Position numbers and translations under genes: made by a program
Source of the DNA: Chitinophagaceae bacterium
GTDB taxonomy: Bacteria > Bacteroidota > Bacteroidia > Chitinophagales > Chitinophagaceae
DNA: 64,000 nt
Direction of reading: 5' to 3'
Assembly (NCBI GenBank): GCA_046593045.1
Contig: JBKJRY010000364.1
Coordinates: 982 to 64,981 of the forward strand
In this document: in pieces, positions 17,760 through 27,791 of the stretch
Position numbering within the stretch: position 1 is the first letter of the stretch
Layout of the letters: each line of letters opens with the position of its first letter
Notes under the pieces: generated by a model
Databases searched by the model: none
Told to the model about the DNA's origin: nothing
What the model saw: only the letters and a program-made list of their open reading frames with translations

Positions 17760-18929
17760 ATGGAACTGCATCCAATAACCAAAGCCATTCGCACTCAAAC
17801 GGAACGTACCAATGAAATGGAACATTCCACTCCCCTATTTTTAACGAGCAGCTTTTGTTTTGATAATGCTGAAGATATGAGAGCAGCGTTTGCTGATGAG
17901 ACTGAAGATAATATTTATAGTCGTTTCAGTAACCCGACAGTTAATGAGTTTGTTGAAAAGATGGTTGCGTTGGAAGGTGCGGAGGCTGGTGTCGCAACCT
18001 CTACGGGTATGAGTGCAGTATTTGCAAGTTTTATGGCGTTATTGAAAAGTGGGGATCACCTTTTATCTTGTGATGCAGTATTTGGAAGTACACACAATAT
18101 CATTAAAAAATATTTACCTAATTATGGAATTCAGTGCACTTATGTAAGTGCCGACAAGCCGGAAGACTGGGAGGCTGCTATTCGCCCCAATACAAAAATG
18201 ATTTACCTGGAAACACCTACGAATCCCGGGCTTGATATTATTGATATTGAATTTGTAGCTGCACTTGCAAAGAAACACAACCTTATTTTGAATGTCGACA
18301 ATTGCTTTGCGACGCCTGTAAACCAGCGCCCTATTGAGTTTGGAGCACATATAGTGTTGCATTCTGCAACTAAATGGATAGATGGACAGGGAAGGGTTTT
18401 AGGTGGCGTAATCGTAGGTGAGAAAAAATTAATTAACGATATTTATTTGTTTTGCAGAAACACAGGTCCTGCTTTATCCCCCTTCAATGCCTGGGTGCTA
18501 AGTAAAAGCCTTGAAACATTGGATGTAAGGATGGAACGGCATGCAAAAAATGCATTACATATTGCAACAGCGTTGGAGAATCATCCAAAAATATCCTGGC
18601 TGAGATATCCCTTTTTAAAGAGTCATCCACAACATAATATTGCAATTAAGCAAATGCAAAATGGCGGAGGAATTGTTTGTTTCGAATTAAAAGGCGGACT
18701 TGATAGCGGCAGAAAATTCTTAAATAGTTTAGAAATGCTTACGCTTACTGCCAACCTGGGGGATTCAAGAAGCATCGCTTCTCACCCTGCAAGCACAACA
18801 CATGGAAAACTTACTGAAGAAGAACGCCTAAAAGTAAATATAACGCCGGGGCTTATACGAATTTCGGTGGGGCTTGAATATGCTGATGACATTTTAAATG
18901 ATATATTACAAGCTTTAGAAAAATGCTAA
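17760..18929 (+). CDS. Cys/Met-metabolism PLP enzyme (O-succinyl/acetyl-homoserine sulfhydrylase or cystathionine gamma-synthase family)
   Basis: 389 aa. PLP-lysine context HSATKWIDGQG, and a C-terminal GLIRISVGLE motif typical of the family. Confidence 0.85.
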   Translation: MELHPITKAIRTQTERTNEMEHSTPLFLTSSFCFDNAEDMRAAFADETEDNIYSRFSNPTVNEFVEKMVALEGAEAGVATSTGMSAVFASFMALLKSGDHLLSCDAVFGSTHNIIKKYLPNYGIQCTYVSADKPEDWEAAIRPNTKMIYLETPTNPGLDIIDIEFVAALAKKHNLILNVDNCFATPVNQRPIEFGAHIVLHSATKWIDGQGRVLGGVIVGEKKLINDIYLFCRNTGPALSPFNAWVLSKSLETLDVRMERHAKNALHIATALENHPKISWLRYPFLKSHPQHNIAIKQMQNGGGIVCFELKGGLDSGRKFLNSLEMLTLTANLGDSRSIASHPASTTHGKLTEEERLKVNITPGLIRISVGLEYADDILNDILQALEKC

Positions 18930-18961
18930 ACTAAATTTCTCTTATTTTAAGGTCTGAAAAT

Positions 18962-19486
18962 TTATTTAAATTTTCCCGGTAATTCATCACATGAAAGCTT
19001 ATTAAAAGATTGATTCACGTCATATTCAATTGCTGAATGATTTGTAAAATAAGTAGTGTCGCTTTTTACAGCAAGAGGGGCTATTCCTCGTAACAGATGA
19101 TTACCATCTGTTTTAAAATACACTTCCATTACGCTCTTGATACCTTCCGAAGCAAAGTCGTACCAAAGCTTGATAATATCACCATCCACCACTCCATGAA
19201 CCGAGCCCGTGCTTTTGTCCTTTTCAAAATTATTAAAAGTAAGTTTACCTGATACTGAAGTTCCTGTTTGGTCCAGGTGTAATGCAAAAGTATCCCGTTT
19301 CAATATTCCCATAAAACAACCATTCGCATCGGCCATTTGTGATTTAGTGGCTGGCGGATCAATGGACCCATTAATGCCAGGTGGATTTTGAACAAGACTG
19401 GAATCGCTGTTTTCTTTGTCTGCATTTGTATTATTAGTACAGGATGACATCTTTGTGAAAAACAAAACAATAAATATTATACGCAT
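18962..19486 (-). CDS. Hypothetical lipoprotein
   Basis: 174 aa with a signal/lipobox-like N-terminus (IVLFFTKMSSC). Lies 27 nt downstream of ilvA on the same strand. Confidence 0.6.
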   Translation of the reverse strand: MRIIFIVLFFTKMSSCTNNTNADKENSDSSLVQNPPGINGSIDPPATKSQMADANGCFMGILKRDTFALHLDQTGTSVSGKLTFNNFEKDKSTGSVHGVVDGDIIKLWYDFASEGIKSVMEVYFKTDGNHLLRGIAPLAVKSDTTYFTNHSAIEYDVNQSFNKLSCDELPGKFK

Positions 19487-19513
19487 GCTATTAAATCTTT
19501 TTTTGATAATTTA

Positions 19514-20800
19514 CTAAACCAAATATCCAAATGCATTATCATCTTTTTTCAATTCAGTAAAATTTACATGATAGCGATTGAGATTATTTAGCAGCATAGC
19601 ATAATCTTCTTTTGATCGTAACTCAATACCCACCAAAGCAGGACCAGATTCTTTATTATGCTTGCGAATGTATTCAAAGCGGGCGATATCATCATGAGGA
19701 CCTAAAACGTCATTCACAAATTCTTTTAAAGCACCGGGTCGCTGGGCAAAGCGGATCAGGAAATAATGTTTCAATCCCTCGTATTGCAGCGACCGTTCTT
19801 TTATTTCCTGCATCCGGTCTATATCGTTGTTGCCACCACTTAATATACAAACAACATTCTTTCCTTTTATCTGATCAGCAAAATCATCCAAAGCTGCTAT
19901 AGCCAGTGCACCAGCAGGTTCCGCAACTATTGCATCTTCATTATAAAGTTTAAGTATGGTGGTGCAAACTTTTCCTTCAGGAACTAAATGCATATCATCA
20001 AGCACTTCTTTACAGATTGAAAAAGTAATATCTCCCACCCTCTTAACAGATGCGCCATCTACAAACTGTTCTATACTTTCAAGTGTAACAGGATGGCCCG
20101 CTTCCAAAGCACGTAACATAGACGGCGCACCTTCAGGCTCTGCTCCGATTATTTTCGTTTGCGGTGAAAATGATTTGAAGAATGCGCCCACACCTGCACA
20201 TAAACCTCCGCCTCCAACCGGGACAAACAAGTAATCAACTTTCGATAATTCTTTCAATATTTCCACACCCACCGTTCCTTGCCCTTCGATAATTTTATAA
20301 TCATCAAACGGAGGAATAAAAGCCATTCCCTTTTCTTCAGTAAATTTTTTTGCTGCAACAGCACATTCATCGTATGTGTCACCAATTAATTTTATTTTAA
20401 TAAAATCCTGGCCAAACATTTTGGTTTGATTTACCTTTTGATTAGATGTGATCACCGGCATAAATACAACTCCCCTGCACGCAAGTTGTTTGCAGGAATA
20501 CGCGAAGCCCTGCGCATGATTACCAGCGCTTGCACACACTACGCCACGCTTCAACTGTTCCGGTGATAAATTGCTCATCATGTTATACGCGCCACGTAGC
20601 TTATAAGATCGTACTAACTGGAGATCTTCCCTTTTTAAAAAAATATTGCAATCATATTTTTCCGAAAGATTGCGGTGGTACATAAGTGGCGTACGATTCA
20701 CAAATTTTTTCAGACGCTCCATGGCCGCTGAGAAATCCAAATCCCATTGTTTTACGAAATAACCCGAAATTTGTTCTGTACCTGGTATGGATTCAATCAT
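19514..20800 (-). CDS. ilvA: Threonine ammonia-lyase (biosynthetic threonine dehydratase)
   Basis: 428 aa. PLP-lysine region FLKREDLQLVRSYKLRGA, the GGGGL loop, and a C-terminal ACT-like regulatory domain. Confidence 0.9.
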   Translation of the reverse strand: MIESIPGTEQISGYFVKQWDLDFSAAMERLKKFVNRTPLMYHRNLSEKYDCNIFLKREDLQLVRSYKLRGAYNMMSNLSPEQLKRGVVCASAGNHAQGFAYSCKQLACRGVVFMPVITSNQKVNQTKMFGQDFIKIKLIGDTYDECAVAAKKFTEEKGMAFIPPFDDYKIIEGQGTVGVEILKELSKVDYLFVPVGGGGLCAGVGAFFKSFSPQTKIIGAEPEGAPSMLRALEAGHPVTLESIEQFVDGASVKRVGDITFSICKEVLDDMHLVPEGKVCTTILKLYNEDAIVAEPAGALAIAALDDFADQIKGKNVVCILSGGNNDIDRMQEIKERSLQYEGLKHYFLIRFAQRPGALKEFVNDVLGPHDDIARFEYIRKHNKESGPALVGIELRSKEDYAMLLNNLNRYHVNFTELKKDDNAFGYLV

Positions 20801-20806
20801 TGAAAA

Positions 20807-21910
20807 TTAGTTAGAGATTGCTTCCTTCTTAGTTGACTTATTTATTGCATCATCTGAAGCAGCAGGTTGATTTTCGGGACGCAAACTTCTAACAGTTTTA
20901 CCAGCTTGCCACATTTCGCTATCATGCAATTCTTTTAATTCTACTTCAAGTTTTTCCCTGTAATCAGCTTTGCTATTGCTTTCTATTGATTTTGCAGCTT
21001 CTTTACCTGCAGCAACACTATCATATAATTCATTAAACACTGGCAATGTAGCATCGCGAAATCTTTTCCACCAATCCAATGCGCCCCGTTGTGCTGTTGT
21101 TGAGCAATTAGCATACATCCAGTCCATCCCATTTTCTGCAACCAAAGGCATTAGTGATTGTGTAAGCTCCTCAACGGTTTCATTAAATGCTTCTGAAGGT
21201 GAGTGGCCATTCTTTCTCAAAACCTCAAATTGAGCTGCAAATATTCCTTGTATTGCGCCCATCAAAGTTCCACGCTCACCTGTAAGATCGCTATAAACTT
21301 CTTTCTTAAAAGTTGTTTCAAATAAATATCCGGAGCCAATTGCTATACCTAATGCTGCTACTCTTTCAAATGCCTTTCCTGTTGCATCCTGAAAGATTGC
21401 ATAGCTGCTGTTTAATCCACGGCCCTGCAAAAACATTCTGCGAAGAGAAGTTCCTGAGCCCTTAGGCGCTACCAAAAAAACGTCAACATCTTTTGGAGGT
21501 ATAATTCCCGTTTGATCAAGATAAGTAATACCAAAGCCATGAGAAAAATATAAAGCTTTCCCTGGGGTTAAATGCTTTTTTACTGTTGGCCACATGGCAA
21601 TTTGTGCAGCATCGCTCAACAAATAACAGATAATAGTACCTTTTTCCAAAGCTTCTTCGATTTCAAACAACGTCTTACCTTCTACAAAACCATCACGTAC
21701 AGCTTTATCCCAGCTTTTGGAATTTTTACGCTGGCCTATAATTACATTAATACCGTTTTCTTTTTGGTTCAATGCCTGGCCGGGTCCCTGCACGCCATAG
21801 CCTATTACAGCCACTACTTCATCTTTCAATACTTCCTGGGCTTTTGCCAAAGGAAATTCTTCACGGGTAACAACGTTTTCTTCCTTGCCCCCAAAATTTA
21901 ATTTTGCCAT
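20807..21910 (-). CDS. ilvC: Ketol-acid reductoisomerase
   Basis: 367 aa. GYGVQGPGQALNQKENG Rossmann motif and a typical class-I core, plus a ~30-aa C-terminal extension. Confidence 0.92.
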   Translation of the reverse strand: MAKLNFGGKEENVVTREEFPLAKAQEVLKDEVVAVIGYGVQGPGQALNQKENGINVIIGQRKNSKSWDKAVRDGFVEGKTLFEIEEALEKGTIICYLLSDAAQIAMWPTVKKHLTPGKALYFSHGFGITYLDQTGIIPPKDVDVFLVAPKGSGTSLRRMFLQGRGLNSSYAIFQDATGKAFERVAALGIAIGSGYLFETTFKKEVYSDLTGERGTLMGAIQGIFAAQFEVLRKNGHSPSEAFNETVEELTQSLMPLVAENGMDWMYANCSTTAQRGALDWWKRFRDATLPVFNELYDSVAAGKEAAKSIESNSKADYREKLEVELKELHDSEMWQAGKTVRSLRPENQPAASDDAINKSTKKEAISN

Positions 21911-21983
21911 TGTATTACTTGAGTTTTAAGTTTAAAGATGTATTTTTTGTTTGTATATCAGTTCCAAAATTTGTATTCCTGTT

Positions 21984-24170
21984 CTATTGAGTAGTTAACT
22001 CTAATACAGAGCTAGCTAATGATCCATCTAAATACCAGTTTAATCCTTCTCTCATCAAATATTCGCCACTAAAGAATTTTCCACTTTCCCTAAATGCGCC
22101 CTCTTTTCCGTTTTCTATATTAATTTCCTTCAACATATATTTCCTGGACGCATCCAGCCCCTCCATCATTATATTTCGATATGTGTCACCTCTTTTCGCA
22201 TATAAATTATAGGCAAAAACAATTGCTTTTTCCTTACTGCTGTCAACATACATTAACGAAGCGGTGCTATTATTATATGGCGAAATCAACCTGTATAAAG
22301 ATCCGTAATTTATTAAACTCTGCAATCTTTTGTAATCATCAACAGCCATTCTGCAAAATTTCAACTCCTCTTCAGATAGATCATTTACTTTAATATCGAA
22401 TCCAAGTTTGCCCTGCATTGCCACATCAATTTTATATTTCAAGCTTTCTGCGCCGGCAGAAGTTACATGATCGCACATGGTTGCTGCGGGGAAAAAATAT
22501 GAATAGCCCCACTGGATAAAAATTCTTTCCACCGCATCTGTGTTGTCACTTGGCCAGAATTCATTGAAATATTGAAGCGCTCCATATTCAGCACGGCCTC
22601 CCCCACCAGAGCACAACATCATTTCAAGTGATGGAAACTCTTTGCGAATGTGCTGCAAAACATTGTATAAGCCCCTGGAATAATCGACATACAATGCCTG
22701 TTGATTTTTTCCAAGATACTTACTGTAAGCATTCGTCATAAAGCGGTTGCAATCCCATTTTATATATGCGATACCAGGATTATCTGTAAGCAGGTTGTGT
22801 AAAACCCCATATACAAAATCCTGTACTTTAGGATTGGTAAGATCAAGCACCAATTGGTTACGTGAAAGATCCTCAGGACGATTAGGTAATTTTAAAATCC
22901 AGTCAGGATGTTTTTCATATAAATCGCTTTTAGGATTAACCATTTCAGGTTCAACCCAAATACCAAAATGAACGCCTTTATTTTCTGCTTGCTTTACTAA
23001 ATATTCCACACCATCAGGCAGTATAGTTCTGTTCGCTTGCCAGTCTCCAAGGCCAGCAGTATCACTATGGCGCGGATGGTTGTTTCCAAACCATCCATCG
23101 TCCAATAAAAATAAATCAACACCTAATTTTTTGGCACCGTCGAACAATTGTACTAATGTATCCTGGTTGAAATTAAAATAAGTTGCTTCCCAATTATTCA
23201 GTAATGTTTGACGGATTTGTCTTCCCTTCCATATACCATAATTCAATGCCCATTCATGAAGGTTGCGACTTGCCTGCCCTTTACCTGTTGATGAAAAAGT
23301 AAAAATAAAATGCGGCGTATTAAAAGTTTCTTTCGGCTGTAATGTATAAGAAGATGCATACGCATTAATACTGGGAATTAGTTTCAATGAATTTCCTTGA
23401 TGACCATTGGATTTTATATTTTCGAACTGGAGATTGAAATTGCCACTCCATGCAAGGGATCCCGCGAATACCTCACCCGTGTTTTCTTCAGCAGGTTTGT
23501 TTAAAGAAACCATGAATGAAGGGATCTCATAATTAGTTGCTCTAGTACCCAGCTTTGATTGAATATTGTAAATACCTTCAGGCAATTGTGTTTCTTCATA
23601 TTGCATTTCACTTGCCCAATCGCCATAAAAATGCGTAAGGTAAAAATCTTTATAATCCAGGTTTATAAATGAAGATGCATAACGTAGCAAAGTCACAGAA
23701 GACTTTTCTTCATGCTCAATAGTAGTCCATTCTTCTATTACATTTTCGCTTGCATAGGCTTTAAAATGCAGGGTTACAGAAAAGGGATAAACCGGGTCCT
23801 TTAATTTTATATTCGTTACAGTTACATGATCATCCTGCTGCTCAATATTGTTATCCACATATTTTAATTGTAAAGAAATATTCTCGTCAGCATGCGCTAC
23901 CTCCATTGCAGGCTCATAGATATAATGCATACCTCCGCCTGGAAATGCAGGATTATTGGAGCCAGAAAGATCAGCATAATTTGAAGTATCAGAAAATCTA
24001 TTTCCAAAGTAGACCTGTTCCAACTGCCTATCATTATTTACATGATAAACAAGAGAAGTATTTTTTGTATGAATAATAATGTTCTGGGCTTTCATAAATG
24101 AAAAACAAAAACTAAATATTGCGAGGCAAAGTAATCTTTTAATCAAGTTCTTCTTATTTTGTTGCTCCAT
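21984..24170 (-). CDS. Alpha-galactosidase, GH36, secreted
   Basis: The ORF is open to 24275, but the ATG at 24170 gives a signal peptide (MEQQNKKNLIKRLLCLAIFSFCFSFMKAQN). Motifs LLDDGWF, YIKWDCNR and FWPSDNTDAVER are GH36 hallmarks. Confidence 0.85.
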   Translation of the reverse strand: MEQQNKKNLIKRLLCLAIFSFCFSFMKAQNIIIHTKNTSLVYHVNNDRQLEQVYFGNRFSDTSNYADLSGSNNPAFPGGGMHYIYEPAMEVAHADENISLQLKYVDNNIEQQDDHVTVTNIKLKDPVYPFSVTLHFKAYASENVIEEWTTIEHEEKSSVTLLRYASSFINLDYKDFYLTHFYGDWASEMQYEETQLPEGIYNIQSKLGTRATNYEIPSFMVSLNKPAEENTGEVFAGSLAWSGNFNLQFENIKSNGHQGNSLKLIPSINAYASSYTLQPKETFNTPHFIFTFSSTGKGQASRNLHEWALNYGIWKGRQIRQTLLNNWEATYFNFNQDTLVQLFDGAKKLGVDLFLLDDGWFGNNHPRHSDTAGLGDWQANRTILPDGVEYLVKQAENKGVHFGIWVEPEMVNPKSDLYEKHPDWILKLPNRPEDLSRNQLVLDLTNPKVQDFVYGVLHNLLTDNPGIAYIKWDCNRFMTNAYSKYLGKNQQALYVDYSRGLYNVLQHIRKEFPSLEMMLCSGGGGRAEYGALQYFNEFWPSDNTDAVERIFIQWGYSYFFPAATMCDHVTSAGAESLKYKIDVAMQGKLGFDIKVNDLSEEELKFCRMAVDDYKRLQSLINYGSLYRLISPYNNSTASLMYVDSSKEKAIVFAYNLYAKRGDTYRNIMMEGLDASRKYMLKEINIENGKEGAFRESGKFFSGEYLMREGLNWYLDGSLASSVLELTTQ

Positions 24171-24438
24171 CTTTAGCATTATATAAACTGTCATTGACCC
24201 GTTACTAAAACTCAAGCCTTTGTTGTAATCAAGTATGCGGAGTACTTCATAATCATTTTTAGAAATTGCAATCATAATAAACTCCCGCTGTTTTCTGCTC
24301 CGAATGAGTTAAGCGCACTTTTTCAATAAAAAGAATTTCCAATTTTCTTCAAATCCAAATACCAGTTTTAATCATTCCACCAATGTGATTCCATTTTCAT
24401 AAGTCAACATGGGAATGACATCCTTATACTCAATTTTA

Positions 24439-25029
24439 TTACATACTAAAAACCTCTTCCTGCTTATCCAAAAATTCATTTTCAATTACCTCTTCACCTG
24501 GCTCCCTGTTTTCAAATTCTTTTACCTTATCATGAAAGCCCTTGCTCTCTTTTATAATGGCCACACGTGCACTTCTCACAAATTCAATTAACCCATAAGG
24601 TTCAAGATATTTAACAAGGTTATCTGTCTCTTCACGATGGCCCGTAGTTTCAAATACAGTATAATCCTTACGGATAGCAACTGCCCTTGCTCCAAACTCT
24701 CTCAGCAATCTTTCCACTTTTACTTTCTCCGTAATAGCATCCGTAGGCACTTTATACAATGCCATTTCCTGCCAGATGATCTCATCATTGGTATGATAAT
24801 ATGCTTTCAAAACATCCACCTGTTTTTCAATTTGGCGAACGAGTTTTTTCACAACATCTTCTGTTTCATCTATAACAATATTAAAGCGATGAATACCTGC
24901 AACCTCAGAGGGCGAAGTGTTAAGGCTGTGTATATTAATTTTTCTACGGGAAAAAATAATTGCAATACGAACCAATAAACCTATCTGGTTCTCTGAGTAA
25001 ACTGTTAATGTAAATTCTTGTTTTGACAT
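24439..25029 (-). CDS. ilvN: Acetolactate synthase small (regulatory) subunit
   Basis: 196 aa. N-terminal ACT domain (TLTVYSENQIGLLVRIAIIFSRRKINIHSLN) and the position within the ilv array. Confidence 0.88.
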   Translation of the reverse strand: MSKQEFTLTVYSENQIGLLVRIAIIFSRRKINIHSLNTSPSEVAGIHRFNIVIDETEDVVKKLVRQIEKQVDVLKAYYHTNDEIIWQEMALYKVPTDAITEKVKVERLLREFGARAVAIRKDYTVFETTGHREETDNLVKYLEPYGLIEFVRSARVAIIKESKGFHDKVKEFENREPGEEVIENEFLDKQEEVFSM

Positions 25030-25148
25030 AATAATATTTTTTTGTTAATACACCTTCTGATAAAGTTCTACAACAGGGAATGGATCGTAAAAAGGATGCA
25101 AAAGAGCGCTTTTATTTTCCTTTATTTATAATACAGCAAATTCTGTTA

Positions 25149-25736
25149 TCATAAATCAGGATCTACTTTTACGCCAATCATTACCCCCGTTGACCAATTT
25201 AATTTCGTTAAGCTTATATCTTTCCTGTTTTCCAGTTTTCTTATAAAGGCTTCTGCCCTATCAGCATGTCCTTTCGGCCAGTTGGGTTGTTGATTCATAT
25301 CGTCAACAATATAGATTCCACCGTTCTTAAGTAATTCGAATGTTTCTTCAAATAAATCATATTTACCTGGAATGGCGTCAGCGAATATTAAATCAAATAA
25401 TGGACTCTTATATTCTTTTATCAATTCATAGCCATCTGCGCACACGAATTCTATTCTTTCATCATTCAAATTTTTCCTGGCGACCGATAATAAAGTTTCG
25501 TTATTATCAACAGCAACAAGTTTTGAATTTTTATCCATGCCTTCTACAATCCATAATGTAGCCAATCCAGTACCTGTTCCTAACTCCAAAATCCTACCCC
25601 CGGGTTTTGAGGCGACTAAAGTTTTCAATAAGCTTCCAATATATAAATCCGATGACATATTGAAATTCAATTCCTTCGTTGCCTTCAATATGTTATTATA
25701 TTGAACCGGGATATCAATAAAATTATCATCTTTCAT
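25149..25736 (-). CDS. Class I SAM-dependent O-methyltransferase (family-3-like)
   Basis: 195 aa. SAM-binding motif ILELGTGTGLATLW followed by VDNN and FADA motifs. Confidence 0.75.
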   Translation of the reverse strand: MKDDNFIDIPVQYNNILKATKELNFNMSSDLYIGSLLKTLVASKPGGRILELGTGTGLATLWIVEGMDKNSKLVAVDNNETLLSVARKNLNDERIEFVCADGYELIKEYKSPLFDLIFADAIPGKYDLFEETFELLKNGGIYIVDDMNQQPNWPKGHADRAEAFIRKLENRKDISLTKLNWSTGVMIGVKVDPDL

Positions 25737-25783
25737 ATTCCTTCAAACTAAATAATGTTTTCCAATTGTTGATCCTCCCTTGC

Positions 25784-27526
25784 TTACTTCAATCTTATTT
25801 CTGCTACACTGCATCCCTGCGGCACCATAGGGAAAACATTGTTTTCTTTTCCTACCATTATCTCCAATAAATAAGAACCTTCATGACTTAACATTTTATT
25901 AAGTGCATCTTTTAATTTATCCCTTTCAGCAACCCGCTGGCCTTCTATATTATAAGCCTTTGCAAGCATTACAAAATCCGGACTTTTAATATCAGTAAAA
26001 GAATAGCGCTTGTCATGAAATAATTCCTGCCACTGCCGTACCATGCCAAGGAACTCATTGTTCAGTATGATAATTTTTACACCAATGTCATTTTGCATGA
26101 TGGTACCCAGTTCCTGTAAGGTCATTTGAAAACCGCCATCACCAATGATAGCTATAACGGTTCTTTCAGGTGCGCCATATTTTGCACCTATGGCTGCAGG
26201 CAAAGCAAACCCCATAGTGCCCAGGCCGCCGGAAGTTATATTACTTTTTGACTGGTTGAATTTTGCATAGCGGCATGTTACCATCTGGTGCTGACCAACA
26301 TCTGTAACAATAATAGCATTTCCTTGTGTTATGTCATTCATCACTTTGATTACTTCACCCATAGTAAGTTGCTCTGATGTAGGATTCAATTCCTTTTGTA
26401 TGCAGGTATCAATTTCCTCTTGCTTATACTCTTCAAATTTTGCCAGCCATTCCGGATAAGTTTTTTCTTTTACCAACAGGGTAAGCATTGGTAATGTTTC
26501 TTTACAATCGCCCCAAACAGGAACTGTTGATTTTACATTCTTGTCAATCTCCGAAGGATCAATATCCAGGTGAATTACTTTTGCCTGCTTTGCATATTTA
26601 TCCAGCCGTCCCGTAACCCTGTCGTCGAAACGCATGCCGACAGCGATTAATATATCACAATCATTTGTCAAAACATTTGGACCATAATTTCCATGCATAC
26701 CCAGCATACCAACATTTAAAGGATGGTCGGTTGACAACCCACTCAAACCAAGAATAGTCCAGGCTGTAGGAATACCTGCTTTTTCAATAAAACTCTTAAA
26801 TTCATTTTCTGCTTTGCCTAAAATTACACCCTGCCCAAAAATCACAAAAGGCTTTTTTGCTTCATTTATAAGCTTCGCTGCCTCTTCAATGTATTCTTTT
26901 CTTACTATTGGCTTGGGGCGGTAGCTGCGTATGTGATTACACTTAGTATACCCTTCAAAGTTGAATAGCTGTAATTGTGCATTTTTAGTAATATCGATCA
27001 ACACAGGGCCGGGCCTGCCGCTTTTTGCTATATAAAAAGCTTTTGCTAAAACATGGGGAATTTCAGTTGCATCTGTGATCTGATAATTCCATTTTGTAAC
27101 AGGCGTGGTTATATTAATTACATCTGTTTCCTGGAAGGCATCTGTACCTAACAGATGCGCATACACCTGCCCGGTAATACACAGGAGCGGTGTGCTGTCT
27201 ATCATTGCATCAGCAAGGCCGGTAACCAGGTTAGTCGCTCCGGGACCACTTGTTGCAAACACTACTCCTACTTTCCCTGATGATCTTGCATAACCTTGCG
27301 CTGCGTGTATGGCACCTTGCTCATGACGAACTAAAATATGATTTAGCTCTTCAAGATACCCGTACAACACATCATAAATAGGCATAATGGCTCCGCCGGG
27401 ATAACCGAAAATAATATCAGCATTTTCTGCGATTAATATTTTCAATAATGCTTCACTCCCACTTATTTCTACCTTTGCTTTAGTTGATACTTCAGCATTT
27501 TCTTTTATTAATTCAAGTGTATTCAT
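25784..27526 (-). CDS. ilvB: Acetolactate synthase large subunit, biosynthetic type
   Basis: 580 aa. ThDP-binding motif GDGGFQMTLQELGT...NN and N-terminal GYPGGAIMPIYD. Confidence 0.92.
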   Translation of the reverse strand: MNTLELIKENAEVSTKAKVEISGSEALLKILIAENADIIFGYPGGAIMPIYDVLYGYLEELNHILVRHEQGAIHAAQGYARSSGKVGVVFATSGPGATNLVTGLADAMIDSTPLLCITGQVYAHLLGTDAFQETDVINITTPVTKWNYQITDATEIPHVLAKAFYIAKSGRPGPVLIDITKNAQLQLFNFEGYTKCNHIRSYRPKPIVRKEYIEEAAKLINEAKKPFVIFGQGVILGKAENEFKSFIEKAGIPTAWTILGLSGLSTDHPLNVGMLGMHGNYGPNVLTNDCDILIAVGMRFDDRVTGRLDKYAKQAKVIHLDIDPSEIDKNVKSTVPVWGDCKETLPMLTLLVKEKTYPEWLAKFEEYKQEEIDTCIQKELNPTSEQLTMGEVIKVMNDITQGNAIIVTDVGQHQMVTCRYAKFNQSKSNITSGGLGTMGFALPAAIGAKYGAPERTVIAIIGDGGFQMTLQELGTIMQNDIGVKIIILNNEFLGMVRQWQELFHDKRYSFTDIKSPDFVMLAKAYNIEGQRVAERDKLKDALNKMLSHEGSYLLEIMVGKENNVFPMVPQGCSVAEIRLK

Positions 27527-27552
27527 ATCACTTAATTTTCGTTTGATAATTT

Positions 27553-27789
27553 TTATTTTTTAAAACCAATTCTTTTACGTTGCTTCCAGTGTTTTTGTTC
27601 TGCCTTTTCGTCCAAAATATTTTCAATAGCCTCGTATATTTGATTCAATTTTCCGTCATGGTCACCGACTCGTTCTCTTAATTCATTTAACTGGCCTAAT
27701 AAGTCTCCATATTGAACTGCGAATTTTCTAAGTTCAATAAATGCTGTTACAATTGCAATATTCATCTTAACGGCGGTATCACTTCTCAA
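27553..27789 (-). pseudogene. C-terminal remnant of an ORF6N-domain (KilA-N-like) protein
   Basis: 78-aa ORF with a forced TTG start. ...AVKMNIAIVTAFIELRKF...LNELRERV...KLNQIYEAIENIL...KRKRIGFKK resembles the helical C-terminal half of Bacteroidota ORF6N proteins. The N-terminal ORF6N domain is missing, and the ORF abuts the ilvD stop with 2 nt between. Confidence 0.45.
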
Positions 27790-27791
27790 TA

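Noticed and set aside
24171-24275. A 35-aa N-terminal extension of the GH36 ORF.
   Set aside because: The internal ATG at 24170 gives a canonical signal peptide, while the extension has no signal-like features.
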